DNA of 64,000 nt from Zancudomyces culisetae HAW-14-8. Its lineage: Eukaryota; Fungi; Kickxellomycota. The stretch spans positions 1,798,001 to 1,862,000 of the forward strand of contig JBNJNM010000021.1 of NCBI GenBank assembly GCA_052426225.1. The letters run 5' to 3'. The notes beneath the pieces were generated by a model. The model was not told the DNA's origin. It ran no database searches and worked only from the letters and a program-made list of their open reading frames with translations. Every line of letters begins with the position of its first letter. Position 1 is the first letter of the stretch. Shown in pieces: positions 51,180 to 64,000 of the stretch. Position numbers and translations under genes: made by a program.

Positions 51180-53953
51180 TGCTGCAAGCCAAAAGTTATT
51201 TTATTTCTTTAATTAGTGAGACTGGTTGGCCAGAGTTGTGTTTGGATATTTGTGGGTACAAAGTTGTTAGCATGTGAACTGATCTTGAAATAGTTGGCGA
51301 AGCTGGCAAACATAAATATTTTTTCTGATAACTTTATTGGTAAATAAATACCGCCAATGGTACGGTCCGATGCGTAACATGTGATTTAGTGCAATATATT
51401 AGGTCTTTCATCTCAAAATATCCCCAACCCGAAAAAACAAGAAACGTAAAAGATATCTGCTTACCTAGGCCAAGAAAGAAAGTTATGTGTTGAGTTTGTT
51501 TAAATGTAACAACACCAACTTTTGGTACCAAAGATTGTTGGGGAAGGGATTTGTACAGTAAACGTGTCATTTGAACGGTATTAAAATACTGTGAAAAGAA
51601 AAATGGGGGAGGTTGTGGTTGAATATACAGTACACAAAATGGTAACAAGACGAGTTAGTACTTTAGGAAAGAGTGTCATGATTCTAGTTGGCCATCCGCT
51701 GGATTTTCGATTAAACCAGCACTTATCCAAGGACATTTAGCAGTTGATAATCTGAACCTAGCAAAGCAGGAAAAGGCATTTGTATGGTGACTGTACTAAA
51801 ATTAAACCGGAAACTTCAACTTGTACAATTGTCTTGGAATCACTTGTACTGGTATTCGGATGTATATTGACACTTTTTGATGACATGCTCGGTTAGCCTT
51901 TTAGTGTTAAAAGGATATACAGTCTAAAACAAACCAAAGCAAAACAAAAATAACATGTTCCTGAATTTTGCTTGCCCTATTTTTTCTATGTATCACAAAA
52001 GTATAAAAGTATACTGGGTACAGGAAGTTGGCGTCAAAGGAATGTTGGGGAGTACTTTTTTTGGGGGGGAATGTGTGGGAGGGAGGGAAATAGAGGAGGT
52101 GTTCCAATAGTAAGATGTTGTGTAGAAAAAAAATAAAGCAAAGATTTTGAGGGCAATGCTATTGGTTTTTTATGAGTTGCTTTGTTGATTGGGTAATGAC
52201 AATCCTGGGAAGACCATTTATGTAAAAATGAATTGGAAAGAAATAGTCGAGCTTCACAGGATTGGTGATGGAGAAAAAAATAGGATAAGAAAAGACATTT
52301 TAATTGAAAGGTTGAGGTGAGAGGAGGTGAGAGGAGGTGAAGAGAGAAAAGGAGGGAAGTTACAAAGTCAGATTGATGGGTTGACAGATACAATTTAGAT
52401 AGCCAGCTTAAAAAGCAGATAAAAAACTGTTGGTTTTCCTTCTTATCCGGCTGTAATCGTGTATGTACTCGGTTTTAGCATTTCAATTCTGACTGTGTAC
52501 AAATGATTTATCCTTATTTATAATATTTTCATCGTTTTTATAATTATTGCCTTAATTATTATCTCCTCATTCCCCACCTAAAAATAGGGTAAAATAAAAA
52601 GCGGGAATCAGTAATTGATTTTGATGTTCACGATTTAATTTAATGATGAAAGGAGATGAATAATGAAATAAAAAGGACCTTTTAGTGTAAAGGAAAAAAA
52701 AAACTAGGCGAATAGCAAATGGGAATTGGAAATTGGTAATTGATAAATAAGGGAATCAAATGGGTAAATCGATATTCAAATGATGAAAAAATTCGTGTCG
52801 GGTGCTAAAGGAAAAAAAAAAGAGAGAATTGAGAAATAATATGATTTGATGGTTCAAAGTATAAAAATAAGCGTAAACAAGAAAATCGAGTAATTATAGT
52901 CGCAAATTAAAACATTGGGATTTATTTACCATTTATGGGTTCTGAGAGTTGTAAAAAAAAATTGCAGTAAATAAATAAACTCGAAATATATTAAATATTT
53001 CAAAGAAAGTGGATTAAGATTTGGAGCAAACAACTAAAGTACAAGTTTGGTAAACAAAATACTAAAAATATTAGCAATTTGAAAACGGGTGGTGTAGAAG
53101 GTATTGCAAGTGGTTGAAAATAGAAAGCAAAGGGTATTGATATTTTTAAAATAAACACAATAACATTTGATATGAAAGGGATCCAGCAAAAGAACGCATG
53201 CTATTATTAAGCGAGAAAGATATTGGGACAAAAATGAAAATTATTTGATGAAAATCATCAGCAAAATCAAAAAAAAAGGGGGGGAGAAAGGAAAACCTAA
53301 CATTTTTTCCAGTGCGACTTCTCGTAATAAAAAAAATTGATCCACTTGAAATTGCGAGGTGAAGGGGAGAAAGGTAGGAGGACGATTAAATTATCTTTTA
53401 TTTAAAGTTACAACAGAAATTCCAGACTTCCAAATTTTAGGATTTAGCAATAGTCAGGCAAAGTTTGAAAGACTCCTAAATAATAAATATTTGCCCAGTT
53501 AACACTGGTATGAAAAAAAAAAGCCAACACAGCTAAAAACATCAGAGCGGGAAATATAATAAAAATAAAAGGATTGTTATTTCGTAATTGGTAGCGTTAT
53601 ATTTTCATTTATGGTGTTCAAATGAGATAATACAAAATCAAAAAGGAAAGATTGAAGAATTATGTAAAGGGCTATAAATATGATAGAGCAAACGGCAATA
53701 CATAAAAACTAATGTTGAACAGTATTTCTAAAAAAAAAAAAAGATAGCACTTTTTGTCTAAAAGATATTACGGTTTGTTATAATAGACTTGCATATAAAA
53801 AACCAATAGCTATAAACTAGACAAGCTAGATACAGGCATAAATAGATATAGAACTGATATTATTATAGATAGATAATATACAAAATAAAGAGATAGGCAG
53901 AAAGAAAAAGAAAAAGAAAAAGAAAAAAAGAAAATAAAAGAAAATAAAATAAA

Positions 53954-56900
53954 ATGGAGCGACAGTCGCGATATAATGGACGAACAGGCTCGATGGGAGG
54001 GGTGGACCAGTCGCAGCATATACGTATGGATGAAGAAGGGGATGATATTTTCAAGATGGGAGTAGGGTTTCAGGAGGATATTCAAAAAGGGCAGCAAGAT
54101 AGAGTGGGGCTGCAAGGGATAGAGGGAGAAGAAAAGGCGGAGAAGGTGGTGCTACGTGATAATATAACAGAACTTGACCAAACATTCGGGCGGAAGGTAT
54201 GGGTGGCAATTACATATATGCTTACGTTTTTGGTTCCGTCGTTTATGCTGCGGCGGTGTGGAATGAAGCGGGAGGATGTGCGGATGGCTTGGCGAGAGAA
54301 AGTGGCGATATGTATCATAATAGTGTGGATCTGGATAGTGATGCTGTTTTTGATTATCGGGTTGGGACTGCTCCTGTGTCCCAAGCAGAATGTATATACA
54401 ACAGTAGAAGTTGGTTACAATGCCGATCCAGAAGGAGCATTTACATCTGTTAGAGGAAAAGTATATGACATTACAAACTTTGTCAAACAGAGACACGGGA
54501 TGAGTGGCAATTTAGCATCAACAGAGTCTATGATGTACTATGCAGGGTACGAGACAAACGCAAGCTTTCCCTTGGAGGTGCGAGTGGCGTGTCCAGATCT
54601 GGTGAGCAGCGACGACGATCCAAACTACACAATGTATCTGAGTTCAGAGAACATTGAAGAAATGTATAACTACTGGGTTTCACACAAGGTTGGATCAGTA
54701 GCAAACTCGCAAGAGCTGAGTGATGTTAATTTTTACTTTAAATATTGGGTGCCAAAAATGCAACAGTATTACAAGGGTGAACTGGTATGGGATATATCGA
54801 CATTGGAGAGCTGGCACAAGAATAACGGAATGTACTGGCGGGTAATTAATGGAGAGGTATACAATTTTGATGATTATTTCTACACATCGCAACAGCCATT
54901 CAATGCGAATCTCAAGAAATGGAATTTCCTAGACAAGGGGTTGACGGGGATTATCGATGATGGTGGGGTTGGGACAGTAGACATTAGTGACAAGTGGGCC
55001 AAACTGAGCATAAGTGATAGTGACCGAGCAAACAATCTGAAATGTATGCGTAATCTGTTCTATGTGGGACGAGTAGACACTCGAAAGAGTACCAAGTGTT
55101 TGTTTATGAACTATATGTTGTTGGCGTTTGCATGTTTGTTGGTGTTGGTTGTGCTGATCAAGTTTATGGCGAGTTTACAGTTTGGAACAGCAAAAAAAGT
55201 TGGGCGACAAACAAAATTTGTGTTGTGTCAAGTGCCGTGCTATACTGAGGGTGAGGAGAGTATGAGTAAAACGATTAACTCACTGGCCAATATGGAATAC
55301 GATGATAAGAAGCGGCTGATAATGGTAATTTGCGATGGAAACATAGTAGGAAGCGGAAACGAAAAGTCGACGCCCAAGATAGTTCTGGATCTGTTGGGCG
55401 TGGATCCAGAGATGGAGCCTCCAAGTCGTGATGCGATAGCGGTTGCAGAAGGATCAATGATGCACAACCGAGGCAAGGTGTACAGTGGGCTTTATGACTA
55501 CGAAGGTCATCTCGTGCCGTTTGTTGTGGTGGTCAAGGTAGGCAACCGACATGAAAAGAACAAGCCGGGAAACCGAGGCAAGCGTGACTCGCAGATTTTG
55601 TTGATGCGATTTTTGAACAAGGTGTATTTCGAGCTACCAATGACACCACTTGAACTTGAGTTGAACCATCACATGACACATATTATTGGAATTCCACCAC
55701 AGTACTTTGAATACCTGCTGCAGGTTGATGCAGACACAGTAGTCGGGCCAGAGTCAATGTCGCGATTGGTGGCGCATTGTGTGGCAGACAACAACATTGC
55801 AGGGATATGCGGTGAGACAAGAATTGCCAATGAACAAAATACGTGGGTGACAATGGTGCAGGTATATGAGTACTACATTTCACATTTCCTGTCTAAATCG
55901 TTTGAGTCATTGTTTGGGTCAGTTACGTGTCTTCCTGGTTGTTTCTGTATGTATCGACTGGTATCCAGTAAGGACAAGAAGCCAATTCTAATCAACAAAC
56001 AAGTGGTCGATGCGTATTCCGAGCGACACGTCGACACGCTACACAAAAAGAACCTGCTGAGTCTGGGTGAGGATCGTTATCTTACAACGTTGATGTTGAG
56101 GCAATTCCCACACTACAAGCTGAAGTTTGCACGCGACGCATTCTGCTATACCACAGTGCCTGAGTCGTGGTCAGTGCTGCTCTCACAACGGCGACGGTGG
56201 ATCAATTCAACAGTGCACAATCTGCTCGAGCTGATTATGATTGAAAATCTATGTGGATTCTGCTGCTTCTCGATGCGGTTTGTAGTGTTTTTGGACTTGT
56301 TTGGTACAGTAACTATGCCAACTGTTCTGCTGTACTTCATCTACTTACTGGTTGCCTCTATCACCAAATTCAGCACTGTCGGATTCATCTCGCTGATTAT
56401 TCTGGGTGCAGTCTACGGCTTGCAGGTTGTAGTCTTTTTGATACGTGGCGAATGGCAGCACATTGGCTGGCTGATTATCTACCTGCTATCGTTCCCGCTG
56501 TGGTCGTTTGTTTTACCTATTTACTCGTTCTGGCACTTTGACGATTTCAGCTGGGGCAACACCCGTACAGTTGTTGGTGAACGTGGTAAGATTAAGCTGA
56601 TTGTTGCCAACGATTATCAATTCAACATTGACGACATTCCTCTCATCACGTGGAGTGAGTATGAAGCAAATCTCATTGCTCTTGGAACCGTCAACTCGCC
56701 TCCTCAGGTCAACCCTTCCTACGAATATGCCGAATCTTACACCTACGGTAATGACTTCAATCGTTTCTCCACTGCTTCTCCTCAGCTCAACCCTCACGCC
56801 TCGGTTGTTGTAGGTGCTGTTCCTCAAAACTTTTCCCCAAGTAGAGCCTCCTCTCCTTCTGTTTCCACCTATTCTTCTCCACCTTCTCTCTCCAACTACC

Positions 56901-57481
56901 AACAACAACCTTCAAGAATGTCTAGACACCAACCAACTAGACAATCTCACATCAATCCTTATGGCACAGTCATGGAATCTCCAAACATTCTCATGTCTGA
57001 AGATAACGAACCTCGTCCTTCCTCGTTTATTCAACCACAACAACCCTATCGAGCAACTATGTCTTCTTCCCGACCTTCCTCATTCATCCAGCAACAACAA
57101 CAACTTCAACAACAATTTCAACAACCTCATCCATATCCACAACATCACACATTTACTCCTATGCCCGCTCCTCCTCCTGCTGCTGCTTCTATTGTTGCTC
57201 CGATCTCTCCTCCAACTCCTACTCCAATCCAACAAACGCAACATGCCTCTTTCATGCGCTCTCCTACTCCCCAGCTGGCACTCCAACAACAACCTGTCTA
57301 TTTCCCCTCTGACCAACAGATCATTGACGCCATCAAACTCATCCTTTCTCAAGCTGACCTCACTCTTGTTTCCAAAAAAATCATTCGCGACTCTCTTTCC
57401 GCCCAGTTTGGTGTCGATATGACTCCCAAAAAGTCCTTTATCTCCCAAATTGTTGACCTTGTTCTCTCTGGAAACCTCTAG
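53954..57481 (+). CDS. Chitin synthase, class V/VII-like (cytochrome-b5-like region, CHS domain, DEK_C) with no myosin motor; intronless
   Basis: MAWREK, CQVPCYTEG, KPGNRGKRDSQ, LQVDADT, VQVYEYYISH, LGEDR, QRRRW and DDFSWGNTR. C-terminal PSDQQI...IL..ADL..VSKK.IR..L...FGVD is DEK_C. Confidence 0.93.
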   Translation: MERQSRYNGRTGSMGGVDQSQHIRMDEEGDDIFKMGVGFQEDIQKGQQDRVGLQGIEGEEKAEKVVLRDNITELDQTFGRKVWVAITYMLTFLVPSFMLRRCGMKREDVRMAWREKVAICIIIVWIWIVMLFLIIGLGLLLCPKQNVYTTVEVGYNADPEGAFTSVRGKVYDITNFVKQRHGMSGNLASTESMMYYAGYETNASFPLEVRVACPDLVSSDDDPNYTMYLSSENIEEMYNYWVSHKVGSVANSQELSDVNFYFKYWVPKMQQYYKGELVWDISTLESWHKNNGMYWRVINGEVYNFDDYFYTSQQPFNANLKKWNFLDKGLTGIIDDGGVGTVDISDKWAKLSISDSDRANNLKCMRNLFYVGRVDTRKSTKCLFMNYMLLAFACLLVLVVLIKFMASLQFGTAKKVGRQTKFVLCQVPCYTEGEESMSKTINSLANMEYDDKKRLIMVICDGNIVGSGNEKSTPKIVLDLLGVDPEMEPPSRDAIAVAEGSMMHNRGKVYSGLYDYEGHLVPFVVVVKVGNRHEKNKPGNRGKRDSQILLMRFLNKVYFELPMTPLELELNHHMTHIIGIPPQYFEYLLQVDADTVVGPESMSRLVAHCVADNNIAGICGETRIANEQNTWVTMVQVYEYYISHFLSKSFESLFGSVTCLPGCFCMYRLVSSKDKKPILINKQVVDAYSERHVDTLHKKNLLSLGEDRYLTTLMLRQFPHYKLKFARDAFCYTTVPESWSVLLSQRRRWINSTVHNLLELIMIENLCGFCCFSMRFVVFLDLFGTVTMPTVLLYFIYLLVASITKFSTVGFISLIILGAVYGLQVVVFLIRGEWQHIGWLIIYLLSFPLWSFVLPIYSFWHFDDFSWGNTRTVVGERGKIKLIVANDYQFNIDDIPLITWSEYEANLIALGTVNSPPQVNPSYEYAESYTYGNDFNRFSTASPQLNPHASVVVGAVPQNFSPSRASSPSVSTYSSPPSLSNYQQQPSRMSRHQPTRQSHINPYGTVMESPNILMSEDNEPRPSSFIQPQQPYRATMSSSRPSSFIQQQQQLQQQFQQPHPYPQHHTFTPMPAPPPAAASIVAPISPPTPTPIQQTQHASFMRSPTPQLALQQQPVYFPSDQQIIDAIKLILSQADLTLVSKKIIRDSLSAQFGVDMTPKKSFISQIVDLVLSGNL

Positions 57482-57791
57482 ATTTCTCTACCTTTATTAT
57501 TATTATTATTATTATTATTTATTACCATTAATACTGGTGTTTTTTTTTGCTTATTTATTTATTTAATATTTTCAATTATCCCTGTTTGGTTTAATCCCAA
57601 TTCAATTACTATACATTACATTACAATACAATAAAATTCACCAAGTTTTGAAACTCCTTATTCTCCTTTTCACTATATATTTTTGTCCTTGCTGTTAGAA
57701 TTTACTTTTTATTACTATTATAACCAAAAATAATATATAAAACTACATTCTCCCCCCCCCCTTCATTCTTCAATTCTCCTAAACTAGACAA

Positions 57792-60015
57792 ATGAATGCT
57801 ATCAGTTTTTACATTCTCTCGGATTTAAAGTATGTTCCCTCACCTTTACCTTTACCTTTGCCCTTTTTTTTTTTTAAACCAAAACTCATATTTACAATTC
57901 TATATTTTTAGGACGATTTTACTACAGGTACATAATGCGGATTCGATAAAGATTCAACGTGCCAAGCTAGCCATCCATCTCTATATTTCCGATTTCGATT
58001 CAACACCACAGCCTAGTACGGAAAGTGGCAACGAAACAAATAATCCCAAAACTAGGAATAACAATATTGATCATTTTGTAGATAAGACCACTCATGAATT
58101 GCCAACAGCCTTTACCAATGATCACACTTTCAAACTACTCCGCCTAGATAGCTACAATCTTTTGTTAGCAACTTTTACATTGTATAGAAAGGGTCTACGC
58201 TTGTTTGAATATGTCTTGATTTTTTCTACTCCCCCTTCAACCACAATCACTAGTACAAACACATCAACAATGACAACAATTACTGCAACTGACGAGCTGG
58301 CTGTTTATCAACAACTATTTAAGTTCAATCTTCTACTCAAAAACTACCTACGAATAGGCTTGGACTCTGCTTTCAGCTCCTCAACTATTATCAAAGACAA
58401 TGTAGTTTCTATATATCAACTGGCCCTTTTCACATTACTGCTCACAAATTCCAATTCAACCACCATCACCAATAGTGTAGACTCGGGCCTTGGTTCAATA
58501 AGTGACACCAATCCCTCAACCACTACAATTGTTGGTATTGGTGAGCCTTTCCTTGTTGACTTTGACTATATACATGCAAAACATCTGATTGGCAATTATT
58601 CTGCAACTTCATCCTCGATTTCTGCGACAACCACGAATGTAGTAGTCTCAGAACTACCCAAATTCTTCAAGAAAATCATGGACAAAAACGCAAGTCCAAG
58701 TCCAAATCTAAATCCAAATACACCCTTCGGTTCCAGTAGTGCGTTTGGGACTGGAGCTGGGGCTGGTTTTGACAGCAATACCAATACAAATGAAAATAAC
58801 ATAAGTTGGAGAGCTTTTCCAAATTCCATCTCATACCTAAACAACTCGTTTCTGTTGGAAATAACCGAAACCATTGATATCAAGTACGGCACCAGTAGTA
58901 CGGCTACTCTTTTTACCACACACCCAAAATCGTTATCACTTTCGGGCCAAATAGTGGCTATCAGCAGAGTTTCTGGTAGTCCTTCGCTAAGTCTAAAGCT
59001 CGTAAACAACGGCGGGGGAGTAATTGACGATGGCTATACGTTTGGATTTCATCGATGTGTATTGTTAAAGAACTGGATTAAATACAAAACAATAGATTTC
59101 ATTCCACCAGACAAATCGTTTATTTTGGCAGACTATTTTGGGTGTACAAACAGACTGGTCAATACCAACATGAACACCAATACAAAGATCAATAGATCGA
59201 ATGTTTCCGATGGAGGATTTGTGGGAGTAGACTACAAGTTTCACCCGAACTTTGCAAACACTGGATTATTGGAGTTTTCCTGTTTTGCCATCAATAACGG
59301 TAAGCATGTTGGCGGAGATGATGGGAGTGGTAACTGGGATCTGCATTCATCGATTTCCAGCTGTGTAGTGGATATTTACATTCCAACCACATTTTTCCTT
59401 GCAAACAAAGGAGCAAGTATAAATGACAGTGAAGAGGAACGTGATGGTAGCGAGCCTAGCATTTCTGACTTTGTAAATAATATTTACATAAAATCCAACA
59501 AATCCACAACTGCCACTATTTCTCTACTGCAGTCACCACACCTCAGAATCAAGGGCATTTCCGACACCAGAAATGGACTTGGGGATAGTCGCGACAAGAT
59601 GGTTTGTATCACCTGGACGATCCCCAGTTTTTCGACTCCACACTCCAGTATTAAGGCCAAACCTAGATCTAGCCCTGTTCCTCAATTTATGTCCAAACCA
59701 TCATCAGCTGGTTCCGGTGGTCAGAGCAGTGATAACTGGCTAAAAATCAAATTCCACAATCCTTCGCAACTTCCTATCCACCATCTACAAACTACTACAG
59801 ATAGTAAAATCAGGGACGGTACGGTGCCAAGTTTGTTTGTTGAATCCAAATACTCGGTTTCTAATTTTCTGCATTCATCATATAAGGTTGATTCACTCAA
59901 TATTTACCATCCACATATTTCTGGAGTTAATAATCCAAGTAACTTGAATATCAATCCCAATTCGCTGTATAAGGGTGTAAAATATACCTCTAATTATCAT
60001 GTTTGCTATTACTAG
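57792..60015 (+). CDS. APM3: Divergent adaptor complex mu subunit, AP-3 mu-like. Exons 57792-57829, 57912-60015
   Basis: ISWR...I.Y.NN, EI.ETID, G.I...S..SG.P, FHRCV, FIPPD..F.L..Y and YKGVKY motifs of the mu homology domain. Confidence 0.75.
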
Positions 60016-60094
60016 CCTGATTATTTTATGTCTTTTATTTTATTATTTTATTATTATATCTTATTTACTACTTGATATTAGAGTTTCCATCTAT

Positions 60095-60119
60095 AAACAA
60101 ACAAACAATCAATCAATCA

Positions 60120-60178
<59 letters not shown>
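60095..60178. repeat. (CAAT/CAAA)n tetranucleotide microsatellite
   Basis: About 20 tandem copies between two convergent genes. Confidence 0.9.
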
Positions 60179-60270
60179 TACATTCCAAGCTACCAGTTGT
60201 CATATTCACATCTTATCTTGGCCACCTTTCCCCTCCCCCCCCCCCCCTCCCCCAGTGTGTTTTTACTCAA

Positions 60271-61880
60271 CTATACCATCCAAAATGGCTTTACATATTT
60301 TACTTTCCGGCCATCTCCCGAATCGCTATCAGAAGACCTCTTCTCATTGTCCCCTTCTATTCCTGCATTCTCATTATCATTATCATCACCCTTTTCTTTG
60401 CTACTTTTACCACTGTCACCACCTTGAAGTAAAATCGAAAGAGGATCAGATGATACATATGTGGGTAATAATCCAGATATAGATATAGGCACACTCTCCT
60501 TCTTTGCATCTTCTCCTGTCACAGATGAAGAATCACTATTTTCATTGCTTTCATCTCCTTTATCTTTGTTTGTGACAAGCTCTTCTACCATCCCCTGCTG
60601 TGGCTGTGGTTGTAGTTGTTGTTGTGGTTGTAGTTGTGGTGGTGGTGGTGGTGGTTGAGGATGTCCACTATTATAGTTATAGTCATACCCATGTCCATAA
60701 TTGTAATTATAATTATAATTGTAGTTATAACCATAGCTATAATCCTGATTTTGGCTTTGGCTTTGGTTTTGGCTTTGGTTATAGTTATACTGATTGCCAT
60801 ACCCAGCATAATAGTTGTAATAGTAATCGTTGTATTGCTGAGTAGCCGTGTTAGGCTGTCCTGGTGTTTGTATCGCTCCATATGGTGGATAAGCATGTTG
60901 TTCTACATCTCCACTACTCACATTGCTATTAACAACCTCGCTATTCCTAATCCCTCCAGTGTCATTTTTAACATTAGCAGTCCCAGAACTAGAACTCATA
61001 CTCTTTCCTCTGACAAACTCTGTGTATTCCTTTTTGACTGTTTCAATCAAATCCAAACAGTACCGCTCCGCACTCTGCATCTTTTGGGCATCATTATTAA
61101 CTATATAAAAATACATCGCCTCATACGACTCCGTGCCCGATGTTCCTTCAATGTATCCTGATCCTTGGCCCCGCAACTGAATTTTCGAGTTGGTCATCTG
61201 CTCGATGTACCGGATGTTTTGCCCACTGATTCCTACTAGTTTTGCCCTCACGCTGAACCCCCTTTCATTCTCCATTCCTACAAATACCCGCTTTGTTGCT
61301 GTCGCGCCCATCGTTGGTGTTGCTCTTGGCACTGCCTTATCTCTTACCCCCACCAGATTGCCACCACTACCGTAACTGCTAGTATTTGTGCCGCTGTTTT
61401 CTGTTGATACCGTGCTTGCTCGGGTTGTGCTATTTACAAATTGAATAGGTGCCTCTGTTGCCCGTTCACCGACACCCCCGCCATCATACCTGTTGCTTGC
61501 TCCTATTCCGCTCTTTGCAGCTCTGTGGTATTGCTGACTCTGCTCATTTTGAGGCTTTTGTGCCTTGCCATCATACATTATTTTGTACAGTATACTTTTC
61601 CCCTCGCTTTCACCCAGGTCGATATTTTTTCCCTCCTCGACCACTTCATTGTTGTCTACTCGTTTCTCAGATTTCGGTTCATGAACTATACATTATTAAA
61701 TACATACTGTATTAATTTACTACCCTGGTATATTAAAACATTGTATTATATACCTTTTTGGATCTGAGTGGTATCCGTTGTATCCACTTTGATTTTTTTG
61801 TCACCTTGTCCTACTATTTCACCACGATCATCCAGATCCCATCTCCGTTTCCTTTTTCCTGTATTACTCTTGCTATCCAT
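60271..61880 (-). CDS. KH-domain RNA-binding protein, KHDC4/BLOM7-like. Exons 61880-61754, 61685-60271
   Basis: RKRRWD N-terminal motif; FSVRAKLVG..GQN..YI...T..KIQLRGQGSG.IE..SG.E..E.M...A...C.DL..TV; Tyr/Gln/Pro-rich tail. Confidence 0.8.
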
Positions 61881-64000
61881 TTTACTTTTTTTTTTTACAT
61901 TTATTCAATGATACAGAATTCTTCGGGTGGTGTTAGTTATTTACTCCTAAATTTTAACTCTATTAAGAAATTGCTTTGCCTGAGTATGGATAAGCATTTC
62001 CAAAAAAAAAATCAATTTAGATATTTAATAACTCCATGCTACTCAATCCCGTACATCCTGAGAATTGAGACCTCATTAAAAGTATCTAGCCTTAGACTTA
62101 CCTAACTCTTGATTTTACTCCAGAGTTATATCGTAGAGGGTATTCTGTGGCAGTTTGTAGGCCTTCTTCTCCAAAATCTCTTTATTCACAAAGCAAGTTG
62201 TTGATTTTAATTTTTACATTTTCAATATTGCACAATTATCCAATTCAATCCATACACCCCCTCAATCAAACTCTTCAAATCAACGTGTATCTAATATAAA
62301 AAAAAAGTTTTAAATCACAACCCAACCAATTAAACTACATAATTGAGCAATGCTTAAAAGACTTGGACTTTTATCACCACAGCTGGTTTGTGTAAGAGCA
62401 AGGGTATCATAGCTATGAGGAGGTGAGTTATATATAACAGTACAAAATACACGTAAACATGCATTGGTTATTTGGTTGTACGGTGTGGTATTGACTGGCT
62501 TTTCATTCAACTCTCCCCATCATTCACTTTTATCCTACAATATCATATTTTAGCACTTTACATATACTAAACTGTGAGTCCGCTATAAAAGCTCTAATTA
62601 TTTGTTGGTTTGGTACCTAGAAAAAAGGATAAATAATTTTACATCTTTTGCTAGAATCATTATCAGGTTTTATGCATTTCAAGTAAGCCTTAATAATACA
62701 ATGCAAAAATGACAGTTGTGAATAACCCCCAAGTATACATAGCTCGTACTGTACTTTCAAATCAGCTAAGAAAGTTTTAATGTTTTTCTATAATCACACG
62801 CATTTACATCATTTTTCTCTATGCTGCTATTTAAAGCTTGATTATGGATTTAATCTTTATATAAATTGCTAGTAAATATGCTGATGTGAGTTTAAAGATG
62901 TTTACATATAAATTTTGGTAGTATAATACAACAATGGTATCAATATTGGTGGTTATGAACTGGTTTGTATGATCAAATGTTTGTTTTATCTTTATTGACC
63001 TCTGCTAAGAGTATAAAGCATCATTTTTCTAGCACAGAGTATCAACATGTAAACTCACAATATGCATGAAAAGAAAGTTAGCTCAGCTTTCAGGAAATGT
63101 TAATAGCCAAGAAGGTGCTATAAAAGGTAATTTTTAGGTGTACCATACAGTCTTTGATGCACTCTTTCTTTTCTTTAAGGAGTAAATAGCGATGCTAAAA
63201 GTGTCAGTATTGCTAAACCAAAAGACAGCTTCTATATGGTTTATTGAAAAAGAAGAAAATAGATCGGAAAAAAATATCGATAGTGACGTGCTAAAGGCAG
63301 CCTTACAGTGATCTATGTATATTTCAGGCATTCTTTGCATAACAATGTATAGAAAAATCCGGACATAAGCATGTCACCAATTCAGTAAAACCAGTTGATG
63401 AAACGTAGCAAAAATACGTATTACACAAAAATCTAATTTGATCACTGAATATTTGGGGAGGGGTGGAGAAGAAAAATGAGAAATGAAGGGTGTTGGTGGC
63501 ATCAGTAAATGTGGGACGTAACGCGGCACAAAATTATAATTGTTTGGGATCACAAGTGTATATTGACTTGAAATAGCTGGTGAGCATTCGTTATAATCTT
63601 GTGATAAAATACTATACCGATAATAGTGATAATCGATTGTTGCAGGCATGTTACACTTTTGACTAGTTGTACATTGGGGGATTTTTTTTTGTTTAAATTT
63701 TATAATAAATACCAACACAAAAAACATTCTTTTGGGAAGATGAATGTGGTATAATCTGTGCACTATCGTGTTATACTGTTCCTGAGAAATGTCTGGTACT
63801 TGCAGAGTGTTTTTTTAAAGTAGGATGTGGTAAAGCATGTGGTTTTTACTATTACGATTATGCTTATCTAAATCAATTTTACTGTAGATTGTTTGCAACG
63901 ATACACGCAGGCCATGAAAAGAAAAAGATGTTGGTGTTGGCAAAAAGTAATGAAAAACTTTTAATCCAAGGGTTGAGGTTGTTCTCTTGATATGCAAAGC

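Noticed and set aside
63134-63997. Minus-strand ORFs at the window end
   Set aside because: No motif and no consistent splice model; may be the end of a gene outside the window but cannot be supported.

Overview
AT-rich, gene-dense eukaryotic DNA with short spliceosomal introns. It is clearly fungal (two division-2 chitin synthases) and, by inference only, an early-diverging lineage such as Zoopagomycota/Harpellales. About 22 protein-coding loci can be supported: PGM (5' part), RBBP4/HAT2, a putative GPI-anchored protein, a beta-repeat membrane protein, a LIM protein, METTL6, RPL20, EDC3, VPS18, MED9, an ankyrin-repeat/class IV chitin synthase, GUK1, DES1, two tandem MCT-type MFS transporters, an orphan secreted protein, GAL7, a TMEM70-like protein, NSE2/MMS21, a motor-less class V/VII-like chitin synthase, an AP-3 mu-like adaptin and a KHDC4-like protein. 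There is also a triple tandem of the 3' end of a non-LTR retrotransposon. The strongest novelty candidate is a spliced ~2172-aa fusion of ankyrin repeats, a long linker and a chitin synthase with an (NANP)7 tail. Other leads are a long structured RNA in RPL20 intron 1, a mosaic LINE array with a structured 3' end, two G-to-C strand-skew switches that fall inside genes, and two convergent genes with stop codons 3 bp apart. Exon boundaries were read by eye from GT/AG sites and frame continuity. No tRNA, rRNA or CRISPR features were found.
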